A stretch of DNA of 28,645 nucleotides from Eledone cirrhosa. Lineage: Eukaryota. The DNA lies in contig CAXHJY010000463.1 of the NCBI GenBank assembly GCA_964016885.1, positions 1 through 28,645 on the forward strand, written 5' to 3'. Position numbers and translations under genes: made by a program. The notes under the pieces are model-generated. The model searched no databases. It was not told the origin of the DNA and saw only the letters and a list, made by a program, of their open reading frames with translations. Positions 1 to 12,900 of this stretch are shown here, in pieces; position 1 is the stretch's first letter; each line of letters starts with the position of its first letter.

Positions 1-302
1 CGTGTATATGTATGGAGTGTGTAAGCGTGTATATATCACAGTGTAAGCGTGTATATGTATGGAGTGTGTAAGCGTGTATATATCTCAGTGTAACCGTGTA
101 TATATCTCAGTGTAAGCGTGTATATATATGGAATGTGTAAACGTGTATATATCTCAGTGTAAGCGTGTATATATCTCAGTGTAACCGTGTATATATATCT
201 CAGTGTCAGCGTGTATATGTATGGAATGTGTAAGCGTGTATATATCACAGTGTCAGCGTGTATATATATGGAATGTGTAAGCGTGTATATATCTCAGTGT
301 AT
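1..302. repeat. Minisatellite, ~22-26 bp units (gtgtaagcgtgtatatatctca / gtgtaagcgtgtatatgtatgga), truncated by window start
   Basis: Units are directly visible in tandem; the 36..248 ORF is a read-through of them. Confidence 0.9.
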
Positions 303-494
303 GACACTCTCCAAATATTAAGTACCATAAAATCACCATAGAACGTCGCAATGTCTTCCTATGTAGTGTAAATAATCAACTTTATCCTTTTCCAAACTAA
401 TCTAATGAACATTTTCGCTTTATGTTATTAATTTTCTCCGCTTTTATAAAAGTCCAATTAAAATGGTGTCGGAGGTGTTTTGTTAACAAGACAT

Positions 495-3400
495 ACGTTG
501 GTGTTGATGTTGTTGCTATTGTTGTTGCAGTAGTTGTTGTTGGTGGTGTGTGGTGGTGTTGTTGGCGGTGGTGGTGGTGTTGTTGTTGTTGGTGGTGGTG
601 TTGTTGTAGTTGATGTTGTTGCTATTGTTGTTCTTGTTGTTGTTGGTGGTGGTGGTGTTGTTGTTGTAGTTGATGGTGGTTTTGTTGTTGTTGGTGGTAT
701 TGTTGTTGTTGGTGGTGTTGTTGTTGTTGTAGTTGATGGTGGTGTGTTGTTGCTGTAGTTGGTGGCGGTGGTGTTGTTGTTGTAGTTGGTGGTGGTGTTG
801 TTGTTGTGGTTGGTGGTGGTGGTGTTGTTGTTGTAGTTGGTGGTGGTGGTGGTGTTGTAGTTGATGGTGGTGTTGTTGTTGTTGGTGGTGGTGTTGTTGT
901 TGTAGTTGATGGTGGTGGTGTTGTTGTTGTTGGTGGTGGTGGTGTTGTTATTGTAGTTCTTGGTGGTGGTGGTGTTGTAGTTGATGGTGGTGTTGTTGTT
1001 GTTGGTGGTGGTGTTGTTGTTGTAGTTGATGGTGGTGGTGGTGTTGTTGTTGGTGGTGGTGGTGTTGTAGTTGTAGTTGATGGTGGTGGTGGTGTTGATG
1101 GTGGTGTTGTTGTTGTTGGTGGTGGTGTTGTAGTTGTAGTTGATGGAGGGTGGTGGTGTTGTAAGTTGATGGTGGTGTTGTTGTTGTTGGTGGTGGTGTT
1201 GTTGTTGTAGTTGTTGGTGGTGGTGGTGTTGTTGTTGATGGTGGTGGTGTTGTTGTTGTAGTTGTTGGTGGTGGGTGGTGTTGTTGTAGTTGATGGTAGT
1301 GTGTGTTGTTGTAGTTGTTGGTGGTTGGTGGTGTTTGTTGTGTTGTAGTTGTTGGTGGTGGTGGTGTTGTTGTTGTTGGTGGTGGTGTTGTAGTTGTTGA
1401 TGGTGGTGGTGTTGTTGTTGTAGTTGATGGTGGTGGTGGTGTTGTTGTTGTAGTTTTTGGTGGTGGTGGTGTTGTTGTTGTAGTTGGTGGTGGTGGTGGT
1501 GTTGTTGTTGTTGTTGGTGGTGGTGTTGTTGTTGTTGGTGGGTGGTGTTGTTGTTGTTGGTGGTGGTGTTGTTGTTGTTGTAGTTGATGGTGGTGGTGTT
1601 GTTGTAGTTGGTGGTGGTGGTGGTGTTGTTGTTGTTGATGGTGGTGGTGTTGTTGTTGTAGTTGGTGGTGGTGTTGTTGTAGTTGGTGGTGGTGTTGGTG
1701 TTGTTGGTGGTGGTGTTGTTGTTGTAGTTGTTGTTGGTGGTGGTGGTGTTGTTGTAGTTGGTGGTGGTGTTGTTGTTGTAGTTGGTGGTGTTGTTGTTGT
1801 AGTTGATGGTGGTGTTGTTGTTGTAGTTGGTGGTGGTGTTGTTGTTGTTGTAGTGGGTGGTGGTGGTGTTGTTGTAGTTGATGGTGGTGGTGGTGCTGTT
1901 GTTGTAGTTGGTGGTGGTGTTGTTGTTGTTGTAGTTGGTGGTGGTGTTGTTGTTGTAGTTGGTGGTGGTGGTGTTGTTGTTGTAGTTGATGGTGGTGGTG
2001 TTGTTGTTGTAGTTGGTGGTGGTGTTGTTGTCGTTGTAGTTGGTGGTGGTGTTGTTGTAGTTGTTGGTGGTGGTGTTGTTGTTGTAGTTGGTGGTGGTGT
2101 TGTTGTTGTTGTAGTTGATGGTGGTGGTGTTGTTGTAGTTGTTGATGGTGGTGGTGTTGTTGTTGTTGGTGGTGGTGTTGTTGTTGTTGTAGTTGATGGT
2201 GGTGTTGTTGTTGTAGTTGATGGTGGTGGTGTTGTTGTAGTTGGTGGTGGTGTTGTTGTTGTAGGTGGTGGTGGTGGTGTTGTTGCTGTAGTTGATGGTG
2301 GTGGTGTTGTTGTTGTAGTTGATGGTGGTGGTGTTGTTGTTGTAGTTGGTGGTGGTGTTGTTGTAGTTGGTGGTGGTGTTGTTGTTGTTGTAGTTGATGG
2401 TGGTGGTGTTGTTGTTGTAGTTGTTGGTGGTGGTGGTGTTGTTGTTGTTGGTGGTGGTGGTGTTGTTGTAGTTGATGGTGGTGGTGTTGTTGTTGTTGTA
2501 GTTGGTGGTGGTGGTGGTGTTGTTGTTGTTGGTGGTGGTGTTGTTGTTGTTGTAGTTGATTGTGGTGTTGTTGTAGTTGGTGGTGTTGTTGTTGTTGGTG
2601 GTGGTGGTGTTGGTGTTGTAGTTGATGGTGGTGTTGTTGTTGTTGTAGTTGATGGTGGCGGTGTTGTTGTTGTTGTTGGTGGTGGTGTTGTTGTTGTAGT
2701 TGTTGTTGGTGGTGGTGGTGTTGTTGTAGTTGTTGGTGGTGGTGGTGGTGTTGTTGTTGTTGATGGTTGTGGTGTTGTTGTTGTAGTTGGTGGTGGTGGT
2801 GTTGTTGTAGTTGGTGGTGGTGGTGTTGTTGTAGTTGGTGGTGGTGTTGTTGTTGTTGTAGTTGGTGGTGGTGTTGTTGTTGTTGTAGTTGGAGGTGGTG
2901 GTGTTGTTGTTGTAGTTGGTGGTGGTGGTGATGTTGTTGTAGTTGGTGGTGGTGTTGTTGTTGTTGTAGTTGGTGGTGTTGTTGTAGTGGGTGGTGGTGT
3001 TGTTGTTGTTGTAGTTGGTGGTGGTGTTGTTGTTGTTGTAGTTGGTGGTGGTGGTGTTGTTGTTGTAGTTGGTGGTGGTGTTGTTGTTGTAGTTGGTGGT
3101 GGTGGTGTTGTTGTTGTTGTAGTTGATGGTGGCGGTGTTGTTGTTGTTGGTGGTGGTTGAGGTGTTGTTGTTGTAGTTGTTGGTGGTGGTGGTGTTGTAG
3201 TTGTTGGTGGTGGTGGTGTTGTTGTTGTAGTTGTTGGTGGTGGTGGTGGTGTTGTTGTTGTTGATGGTTGTGGTGTTGTTGTTGTAGTTGGTGGTGGTGG
3301 TGTTGTTGTAGTTGGTGGTGGTGGTGTTGTTGTAGTTGGTGGTGGTGTTGTTGTTGTAGTTGATGGTGGTGTTGTTGTTGTAGTTGGTGGTGGTGGTGTT

Positions 3401-6400
3401 GTTGTTGAAGTTGGTGGTGGTGTTGTTGTTGTAGTTGATGGTGGTGGTGTTGTTGTTGTAGTTGATGGTGGTGGTGTTGTTGTTGTAGTTAGTGGTGGTG
3501 GTGTTGTTGTTGTAGTTGATGGTGGTGGTGTTGTTGTTGTAGTTGATGGTGGTGGTGTTGTTGTTGTAGTTGGTGGTGGTGTTGTTGTTGTAGTTGGTGG
3601 TGGTGGTGTTGTTGTAGTTGGTGGTGGTGGTGTTGTTGTTGTTGGTGGTGGTGTTGTTGTTGTAGTTGATGGTGGTGGTGTTGTTGTTGTAGTTGATGGT
3701 GGTGGTGTTGTTGTTGTAGTTAGTGGTGGTGGTGGTGTTGTTGTTGTAGTTGATGGTGGTGGTGGTGTTGTTGTTGTTGTTGGTGGTGTTGTTGTTGTAG
3801 TTGTTGGTGGTGGTGGTGTTGTTGTTGTTGGTGGTAGTGTTGTTGTTGTAGTTGTTGGTGGTGGTGGTGTTGTTGTTGTTGGTGGTGGTGGTGTTGTTGT
3901 TGTAGTTGATGGTGGTGGTGTTGTTGTTGTTGTTGGTGGTGGTGTTGTTGTTGTAGTTGATGGTGGTGTTGTTGTTGTTGTAGTTGGTGCTGGTGGTGTT
4001 GTTGTTGTAGTTGATGGTGGTGGTGGTGTTGTTGTTGTTGGTGGTGGTGTTGTTGTTGTAGTTGTTGGTGGTGGTGGTGTTGTTGTTGTTGGTGGTGGTG
4101 TTGTTGTTGTAGTTGTTGGTGGTGGTGTTGTTGTTGTTGGTGGTGGTGGTGTTGTTGTTGTAGTTGATGGTGGTGGTGTTGTTGTTGTTGTTGGTGGTGG
4201 TGGTGTTGTTGTTGTAGTTGATGGTGGTGGTGTTGTTGTTGTAGTTGATGGTGGCGGTGTTGTTGTTGTTGTTGGTGGTGGTGTTGTTGTTGTAGTTGTT
4301 GGTGGTGGTGGTGTTGTTGTTGTTGTTGGTGGTGGTGGTGTTGTTGTAGTTGGTGGTGGTGTTGTTGTTGTTGTAGTTGGTGGTAGTGTTGTTGTAGTTG
4401 ATGGTGGTGGTGTTGTTGTTGTAGTTGATGGTGGTGGTGTTGTTGTTGTTGTTGGTGGTGGTGGTGTCGTTGTTGTAGTTGATGGTGGTGGTGTTGTTGT
4501 TGTAGTTGATGGTGGTGGTGTTGTTGTTGTTGGTGGTGGTGGTGTTGTTGTTGTAGTTGATGGTAGTGTTGTTGTTGTAGTTGGTGGTGGTGGTGTTGTT
4601 GTTGTAGTTGATGGTGGTGTTGTTGTTTTAGTTGATGGTGGTGGTATTGTTGTTGTAGTTGGTGGTGGTGGTGTTGTTGTTGTTGTTGTTGGTGGTGGTG
4701 GTGTTGTTGTTGTTGGTGGTGGTGGTGTTGTTGTTGTAGTTGATGGTGTGGTGTCGTTGTTTTAGTTGATGGTGATGTTGTTGTTGTTGTAGTTGGTGGT
4801 GGTGTTGTTGTTGTTGTAGTTGGTGGTAGTGTTGTTTTAGTTGATGGTGGTGGTGTTGTTGTTTTAGTTGATGGTGGTGTTGTTGTTGTTGTAGTTGGTG
4901 GTAGTGTTGTTTTAGTTGATGGTGGTGGTGTTGTTGTTGTAGCTGATGGTGGTGTTGTTGTTGTTGTAGTTGGTGGTAGTGTTGTTGTAGTTGATGGTGG
5001 TGGTGGTGTTGTTGTTGGTGGTGGTGGTGTCGTTGTTGTAGTTGATGGTGGTGGTGTTGTTGTAGTAGTTGGTGGTAGTGTTGTTGTAGTTGATGGTGGT
5101 GGTGTTGTTGTTGTAGTTGGTGGTGGTGTTGTTGTTGTTGGTGGTGGTGGTGTCGTTGTTGTAGTTGATGGTGGTGGTGTTGTTGTTGTAGTTGATGGTG
5201 GTGGTGTTGTTGTTTTAGTTGATGGTGGTGGTGTTGTTGTTGTAGTTGGTGGTAGTGTTGTTTTAGTTGATGGTGGTGGTGTTGTTGTTGTAGTTGGTGG
5301 TGGTGGTGTCGTTGTTGTAGTTGATGGTGGTGGTGTTGTTGTTGTAGTTGGTGGTAGTGTTGTTTTAGTTGATGGTGGTGGTGTTGTTGTTGGTGGTGGT
5401 GGTGTCGTTGTTGTAGTTGATGGTGGTGGTGTTGTTGTTGTAGTTGGTGGTAGTGTTGTTGTAGTTGATGGTGGTGGTGTTGTTGTTGTAGTTGGTGGTG
5501 GTGGTGTCGTTGTTGTAGTTGATGGTGGTGGTGTTGTTGTTGTAGTTGGTGGTAGTGTTGTTTTAGTTGATGGTGGTGGTGTTGTTGTTGTAGTTGGTGG
5601 TGGTGGTGTCGTTGTTGTAGTTGAAGGTGGTGGTGTTGTTGTTGTAGTTGGTGGTAGTGTTGTTGTTGTTGGTGGTGGTGGTGTCGTTGTTGTAGTTGAT
5701 GGTGGTGGTGTTGTTGTTGTTGGTGGTGGTGGTGTTGTTGTTGTAGTTGATGGTGGTGGTGTTGTTGTTTTAGTTGATGGTGGTGGTGTTGTTGTTGTAG
5801 TTGATGGTGGTGGTGTTGTTGTTGTAGTTGATGGTGGTGGTGTTGTTGTTGTAGTTGATGGTGTTGTTGTTGTTGTTGTTGTTGGTGGTGGTGTTGTTGT
5901 TGTAGTTGATGGTGGTGGTGTTGTTGTTTTAGTTGATGGTGGTGTTGTTGTTGTTGTAGTTGGTGGTAGTATTGTTGTAGTTGATGGTGGTGGTGTTGTT
6001 GTTGTAGTTGATGGTGGTGTTGTTGTAGTTGGTGGTGGTGGTGGTGGTGTTGTTGTAGTTGGTGGTGGTGGTGTTGTTGTTGTAGTTGGTGGTGGTGGTG
6101 TTGTTGTTGTAGTTGGTGGTGGTGTTGTTGTAGCTGGTGGTGGTGGTGGTGGTGTTGTTGTAGTTGGTGGTGTTGTTGTTGTAGTTGATGGTGGTGGTGT
6201 TGTTGTTGTAGTTGGTGGTGGTGTTGTTGTTGTAGTTGGTGATGGTGGTGTTGTTGTAGTTGATGGTGGTGGTGTTGTTGTTTTAGTTGGTGGTGGTGGT
6301 GTTGTTGTAGTTGTTGGTGGTGGTAGTGTTGTTGTAGTTGATGGTGGTGGTGTTGTTATTGTAGTTGGTGGTGGTGATGGTGTTGTTGTTGTTGTTCTTG

Positions 6401-6670
6401 GTGGTGGTGTTGTTGTTGTTGTAGTTGGGGTGTTGTTGTTGTTGTTGTTGATATTGTTGTTTCTTATGATGTTGTAGTTGTAGTTGGTGGTGGCGGTGTT
6501 GTTGTTGTTGACATTGATGTTGTTGCTGATGTTGTTGTTGTAATTGGTGGTGGCGGTATTTTTGTTAACCTTGATGTCGGTGTTGTTGTAGTAGTAGTTA
6601 TAGGTAATGTTGTTGTTAACCATAATATTGATGATGTTGTTGTTGTAGTTGGTGATGATGATGTTGTTGT
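495..6670. repeat. ~6.2 kb compound trinucleotide array (GTT/GGT with GTA/GAT punctuation)
   Basis: Near-continuous gtt/ggt/gta/gat triplets with very few C on the + strand; produces the poly-V/G and poly-P/T ORFs. Confidence 0.95.
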
Positions 6671-6799
6671 TTTTCTATTTGTTTATTAATTTATTTCTAG
6701 TCTTCGTTTCTTTTATTCAGGTTGGATCGGCTGCCATTTCTGATTTGCAATATCGTATTCAGAGTATGCAAGTAAGAGGGCTAGATGCTTATAGAAAAA

Positions 6800-7465
6800 A
6801 ACACCCATACACACTCATACACACATACTCAGACACACACACATACATACACACACATACACACAGACTCAGACACACACACATACATACATACCCATAC
6901 ACACAGACTCAGACACAGACACATACACACAGATTCAGACACACACACATACATACACACCCATACACACAGACTCAGACACAGACACATACATACACAC
7001 ACACACATACACATATACTCAGACACCCACACATACATACACACCCATACACACACATACACATATACTCAGACACACACACATACACACACACCCATAC
7101 ACACACATACACACATATTCAGACACACACACATGCATACACACCCATACGCACCACACATACACACATACTCAGACTCAGACACAGACATACACACTTA
7201 TACACACACATACACACATACTCAGAGACACAGACATACATACACACCCATACACACAGACTCAGACACAGACACATACATACACACACACATACACACA
7301 TACTCAGACACACACACACACATACACACCCATACACACAGACTCAGACACACACACATACATACACACCCATACACACAGACTCAGACACAGACACATA
7401 CATACACACACCCATACACACAGACTCAGACACACACACATACACACATGGACACACACACATAT
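6800..7465. repeat. CA-rich degenerate minisatellite (acacagactcagacacag / acacacccatac units)
   Basis: Recurrent actcagacac and cccatacac motifs in a (CA)n background. Confidence 0.9.
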
Positions 7466-7666
7466 ATATATTTATATTGGAAATGAACTGAGATATAGGT
7501 GTGAGAGAGGTAGAGGGGTGACGGAGGGGGCGATATGAGCGAGGGACTGAAATGAGAGATGTGTGATAAACTTCCCATAATATGGTTATATATAATTTAT
7601 TTACATGAGTCTCACTGTGAGTATTTCAAGCTGTAAATAGGACACAGCTGCCTCAATAGCCATGTG

Positions 7667-7720
7667 ACAACGCCAAAATACTATTATTTCGGGCTTTTAA
7701 TCCATCTTCAGTGACGTGTA
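7667..7720 (-). ncRNA. Slightly degenerate minimal hammerhead ribozyme (PLE-type)
   Basis: Minus strand acgtca-CTGAAGA-tggattaaaagccc-GAAA-taatagtATT-t-tggcgt. Stem I acgtca/tggcgt, short stem III, one extra U at the cleavage junction, weak stem II. Confidence 0.55.
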
Positions 7721-8777
7721 CCGACTTGGTGTTGGGGCTAAATAAACTGACAGATTTTACGGACTTCTGCAAATAATACATATAAGGAGACGCTCAATTG
7801 CATACAACGCGGGCAAGATTGTCAAGTGAACTTCTTAAATTTGGGTCGTGTCTATATCTTAAAGGGGATAACACAACTCCTCTGAGGTGAATGGAATTTT
7901 AAGATTAACCTTCATTTGGTGAGAGTTAAAAATAAAAGACTTGGATTGACAAATACCAAATAAATAAAGCAGAATTAACTGTTGATATTCTGTGTCACAT
8001 TCTTGAAGGGTGAAAATAGTACTAATCTACATCGCATCAGAAATTAAAGTATTGCATAGTTTACAATGATTCGTATCCTAGTTAAATTACTACAAATATT
8101 TGAATGAGCAAACTTGATTTTTACGTATTTTTGTGTAAATAATTATAGTATGTTCTTCATAGACCCATCGATATGTTCTTCGACACGTCATCAGTGTTGT
8201 ATGCTAGACTCAATGGTGGTTTTGTGTCACACAATGCACATCTACACCTAGGTAAACCAGCCGAGGTTGATGAAGCTTCCGCCTATATATAAGTAGTATA
8301 CATACGACTCACCCCTACCTATTGCTTCTCAGTGATAGGTATCTAGTCTTTCTTTCCCGTTAAAGGTTAGATATCTAGACTTTGTCTCGTGTTAAAGTGA
8401 AATAAATGTTAACATGACTCAAGCAGCCCTGATACACATTCGTCGTTTCGTACTTTTTAAATACAGATTCCGTGCAGTTCGAGGGATATTTAGCTACCAT
8501 TTCTAACATAACTACTTATAATGTTGAGACCCCTCACTCGTAGTTGATATTATGACTGTTACTTTTGTTATTTTCGGATTGATATATAAAGTAACATATA
8601 TGATTTACATTTTTTTTTTTATATATACAACCTAAGGTTACCCATTTCACCTCCACCGACAAACACACACACACACAGGCAGACACATGCAGGCAAACAC
8701 ATACACACAAGCATATTAACTCTTCTCGTTGATTCTCCTGTTGTTGTTGCTCTTGTTATAATTGTCGTTGGTGTTAT

Positions 8778-8963
8778 TGGATTGGCAGTATCGGTAGAGA
8801 GTCAGGCGCCATGCTTTGAAGCATAGAGTTACCTCCCTTTATGATCTGAGTTCAAATCCCGCCGAGGTTAACTTTGCCTTTCATCCCTACGGGGTCGATA
8901 AAATAAAGTACCAGTAATGCACTGGGATAATTGCTGGCCTGGTGCCAAAAGTAGAAACAATTA
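8778..8963 (+). mobile_element. tRNA-derived SINE, family A
   Basis: A-box-like tggcagtatcgg, B-box gagttcaaatccc, core actttgcctttcatcc...gtcgataaaataaagtaccag, tail gctggcc..gtgccaaaagtagaaacaatta; nine copies in the window. Confidence 0.9.
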
Positions 8964-9205
8964 TTACTGTTATTGTAGTTTGTTCAACAACAGAATATAT
9001 TTCAACATGGCTGTCATATCATTTTGTTTTTCCTTAAAAAGACAAAACTAGACAAATACAGCAACAAAAATATCTGCTGCTACCTCCATAGATATAAACA
9101 CCTTTCGTTATTATCGTTTTTGTTGTTGTTATTGTTGTTACTATTGTCGTTATTAATGCTTTATTTAAGACAACGCTGAACTTACATATACTGAAGAAAG
9201 CATAT

Positions 9206-9207
<2 letters not shown>

Positions 9208-9268
<61 letters not shown>
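9208..9268. repeat. (TC)n(TA)n microsatellite
   Basis: Directly visible. Confidence 0.9.
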
Positions 9269-9539
9269 GGTGCATACAAGATATATATATGTGTGTCTGT
9301 GTGTGTGGGGGGGGGGGGGTGTATTGCATGTATAACGTCATTATTAGTCTTCAATGTTGTTTTTGTTTTTATCGCCGCTGTTCAATACATCGATAAAAGT
9401 ATACATACCGGAACAATGCATATTTCAATCTGGCTGTCACTTTGTTTTACAACAGACACTGTCTATATATACGCACTCACGTACACGCATATATAAATAC
9501 ACACGAACACAGACGCGTATGTATATGCATGTATATACG

Positions 9540-9579
<40 letters not shown>

Positions 9580-9639
9580 TAGATATATATGTATAGACAC
9601 ATACTGGAACTAGATAATAAAATGGAGATGTACGAATAA

Positions 9640-9641
9640 AA

Positions 9642-9737
<96 letters not shown>

Positions 9738-9790
9738 GGTATATATATATATATATATATATATTTAGGTGTACATATATATATATATTT

Positions 9791-9831
<41 letters not shown>

Positions 9832-9954
9832 GGTCTACATATATATATATATTTAGGTATATATATATTTAGGTGTATATATATATATTTAGGTATATAT
9901 ATATATATATATTTAGGTGTACATATATATATATATTTAGGTGTATATATTTAG

Positions 9955-10010
<56 letters not shown>
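9640..10010. repeat. (TA)n microsatellite with periodic tttaggt interruptions
   Basis: Directly visible. Confidence 0.9.
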
Positions 10011-10014
<4 letters not shown>

Positions 10015-10507
10015 TCGAACACAGTTGCACGTAGTTGTTGTAATGATTTATCTAAATACAAATCCACGTGTCGTTGACAAGGCCGTGGTTATTCAATACA
10101 ATTCATTTTAGAGACATTGCTTTACAAGAACCTCGTTGAATATTCCAAGAGAAGGAGGTGCCAAACGGGACTAGACAATCAAAACAATAGTTTATTGGAT
10201 TGCCGAAGAGGACAATAACAAGAGGAACAATATTTCTGTATTTGGGAATTTTCAGAGTGTGTTCTCTATGCTAATATTTTCACGTACGCGTCAGAACGAC
10301 CGATATTATATTATTCAGTATTCGTCCCGGCGTTCCTGTTCTCTAAGATCAAACTCCACCGGCAACATCTTTTTCGTTCATCCTTTTTCGGATATACTAG
10401 TCAAGACATCTAGGGACAATTCTTTGTCTATAGGGTGGGCTAGAATCCATGACTTGATTATTTATAGATCTATTAACACAAAATGTTATAAAACAAGTTA
10501 AGGAATA

Positions 10508-10700
10508 TAATTGTTTCTACTTTTGGAACAAGGCCAGCAATTATCCCTGTGTATTACTGGTACTTTATTTTATCGAACCGGCAAGGAAGAAAGGCAAAGT
10601 TAACCTCGGCGGAATTTGAACTCAGACCATAAAGGGCCGTAACTCTTTGCTGCAAAGCATGGCGTCCGACACTCGACCGATACTGCCAATCCACCGCCCT
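10508..10700 (-). mobile_element. SINE family A, full length
   Basis: Reverse complement runs from agggcggtggattggcagtatcgg to agtagaaacaatta. Confidence 0.9.
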
Positions 10701-11205
10701 GTTAAGGATTATAATACCATATAGAAGCATAAGATCATGAACAAGATACGGTAAGCACACAAATGTACACATTTAATGCAATAACAATAAAATAAGCATG
10801 TTAAGAAATATAACTAACAACCGAGTCATGAATTCTGACCCTCCCTGTATATATCTTTCTCATTTCCTCTCTGCCATTCTCTCTCTCTTTCCCTGGAAGA
10901 AATCGGCTGAGTTCAGACCTTATGAGGAGATGGTCTCTGCCAGATTTTGAAAATGCCCCGAAAACATCGTATGTCCCTATGGCTTGATTAAGATTTACGA
11001 ATAAAGGAAGAGAAAAAATTAAGTTCTGTCCTGGCGAATCGATTCGTTCCCTTTTTCCTCCATTCTCTCGCTCTGTGTGGAAGTAATCGGTTGTTTTCAG
11101 ACCTGGAGATTAAACATATCTGTTCAGGCGGCACCAGTTTATCTATTCCTCTAAACTCGCCGTATGTCACGACGGCGTCCAGAGTGTAGGCCCTTTACAT
11201 TTTAA

Positions 11206-11368
11206 TAATTGTTTCTGCTTTTGGCACAAGGCCAGCAATTTTTCAGTACATTACTGGTACTTTATTTCGTCGACCCCGTAAGGATGAAAGGCAAAGTTAA
11301 CCGCGACGGGATTTGAACTCAGACCGTTAAGGGACGTAACTATGCTAGAAAGCATGGCGTCCAACCCT
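11206..11368 (-). mobile_element. SINE family A, 5' truncated
   Basis: Reverse complement matches the family core and tail. Confidence 0.9.
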
Positions 11369-11422
11369 GGCGTTTAATGTTGATCCTATTGATGCCCTTG
11401 TTGCTAATATTATTATTATTAT

Positions 11423-11556
11423 TTACGTCCCTTTACGATCTGAGTTCAAATCCCGCCGAGGTTGACTTTGCCATTCATCCTTACGGGGTCGATAAAATAA
11501 AGTACCAGTAATGCACTGGGTTATTGCTGGCCTTGTGCCTAAAGTAGAAACAATTA
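11423..11556 (+). mobile_element. SINE family A, 5' truncated
   Basis: ttacgtccctttacgatctgagttcaaatccc...aaagtagaaacaatta. Confidence 0.9.
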
Positions 11557-11569
11557 TTTACAGGAAGGT

Positions 11570-11945
11570 AATCGCTGTGCTTAGAGAGGCTCATATTATC
11601 GCAGTCATTGATATGTTCCTACCTTACAGCTATGTATTTACTGTTTTATATGTCAGCTTACCATACATGTCTGTCGTTGAACATAAATAGAGAGTAAGAT
11701 TTGCAGCCCACTGCCATTTTGCCACCTATGAGGCTGTGTCCTCATTAGTGCTTTGGAAACCACAAGTAGTCACTAATAACAGTGGGCGCAAGCTCTCCTA
11801 CCCCGATGTCATCTCCAGAGATCCCGGTATTGAAATCCAGGATTTGGCAACGGCAATGAACGTCAGACCCACGTGGGGATCAATTGTTGAATCAATTTCG
11901 ACTGAGGACACCAAAACACCAGGGATGATGTTGATATATGTATGA
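11570..11945 (+). mobile_element. 3' fragment of an RTE-like non-LTR retrotransposon (degenerate ORF C-terminus)
   Basis: Frame from 11646 reads LYVSLPYMSVVEHK*RVRFAAHCHF...LVLWKP...GRKLSYPDVISRD...DLATAMNVRPTW. This fits the recalled RTE C-terminal pattern (RLRFAGHCxR..LLWxP..GR..YxD..M.DR..W). It has an in-frame stop and a gat-type tail. Confidence 0.75.
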
Positions 11946-12159
11946 GTGATTATTTTTTTTCTATATTGAAGACACAATAATGATTTACATAAACATCATA
12001 AAAATACATGAAAGAATTTACAAGAAAAAATAATAACATAGTTTTAAAAATATTGTGAAGGTGGAAAATATGATACAAAAATGAATAAATTAATTATAAA
12101 TCGATTTAAAATATAAAATTTATCGATTTATCTATAAGGCTATTCAAAATAATTCTTTA

Positions 12160-12189
12160 ACTATCTATCTATCTGTCTGACTCTCCTAA

Positions 12190-12222
<33 letters not shown>

Positions 12223-12231
12223 CATCAATCA

Positions 12232-12285
<54 letters not shown>
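12160..12285. repeat. (TGTC)n/(TATC)n tetranucleotide microsatellite
   Basis: Directly visible. Confidence 0.9.
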
Positions 12286-12404
12286 AGATGTGGGGGCCGG
12301 GGGTGGGGGTGGGATGGGTGTCCCTCCAATAATAATGTTTTCCCCCCAAAAATACGACAACACACATCTATTTGTATATGCACTACAATTTATGTACATG
12401 TTAA

Positions 12405-12900
12405 TTAGAGAAAGATGGGAGAGATAGATATAGATATAGAGAGAGGGAGAGAGTTAAGGAATGAGAGAGGGTATTGAATGGCAGATATAGAGAGGGGGAT
12501 ATTTTTGTGTTAATTAATAAAGAGAGGGGGATTTGAAGAGAGTGTTGTATGGTTGATGTAGATAGAAGGTGTGTTTGGTGGTAATGAATAGAGTGAGAGG
12601 ATTGATAGAGGATTGACAGATATATAGAGAGAGGGATTGGGAGAGAATGTTTCGTAAAATATATAGAGGGAGAGTTTGTGATGGATAGAAAGAGAACGAT
12701 TACGAGAGAGTGTGGTAGAGAGGGTGAAGGGTTTGGAGATGATTGATATAAAGAGGGGGATTGGGAGAGATTTATATGTTAGATATAGAAAGGGGGAGAA
12801 TTTGGTGGTTGTAGAAATAGAGAAAGGATAATGGGAAAGAGCCGTGTAGTAGACATTGGAAGGGTCCCAAATAATAGGAGGGATAGGAATAGGGGGCATC
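12405..12900. repeat. Purine-rich (GA-rich) low-complexity tract
   Basis: Recurrent atatagagagagggg-like motifs with strong C depletion on the + strand. Confidence 0.6.

Noticed and set aside
422-3160. Poly-Val/Gly ORFs on the + strand
   Set aside because: Read-through of GTT/GGT triplets with no unique domain
3720-6623. 967-aa Pro/Thr then Gln/His ORF as a mucin gene
   Set aside because: Composition switches at a phase slip, codons equal the repeat units, and there is no signal peptide or flanking domain
6649-7491. His/Thr-rich ORFs with a hydrophobic N-terminus
   Set aside because: Translation of a CA-rich minisatellite and T-rich flank; open in several frames
8778-8870. tRNA gene suggested by the B-box gagttcaaatccc
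   Set aside because: It is a SINE head: no cloverleaf, and it continues into the SINE body in multiple copies
9730-9960. ttagg motifs as interstitial telomeric repeats
   Set aside because: Isolated interruptions amplified within (TA)n, never in tandem
10315-10452. Coding-looking minus-strand frame with an in-frame TGA (SWILAHPIDKELS...RRDEY)
   Set aside because: No recognisable family, splice support or SECIS evidence
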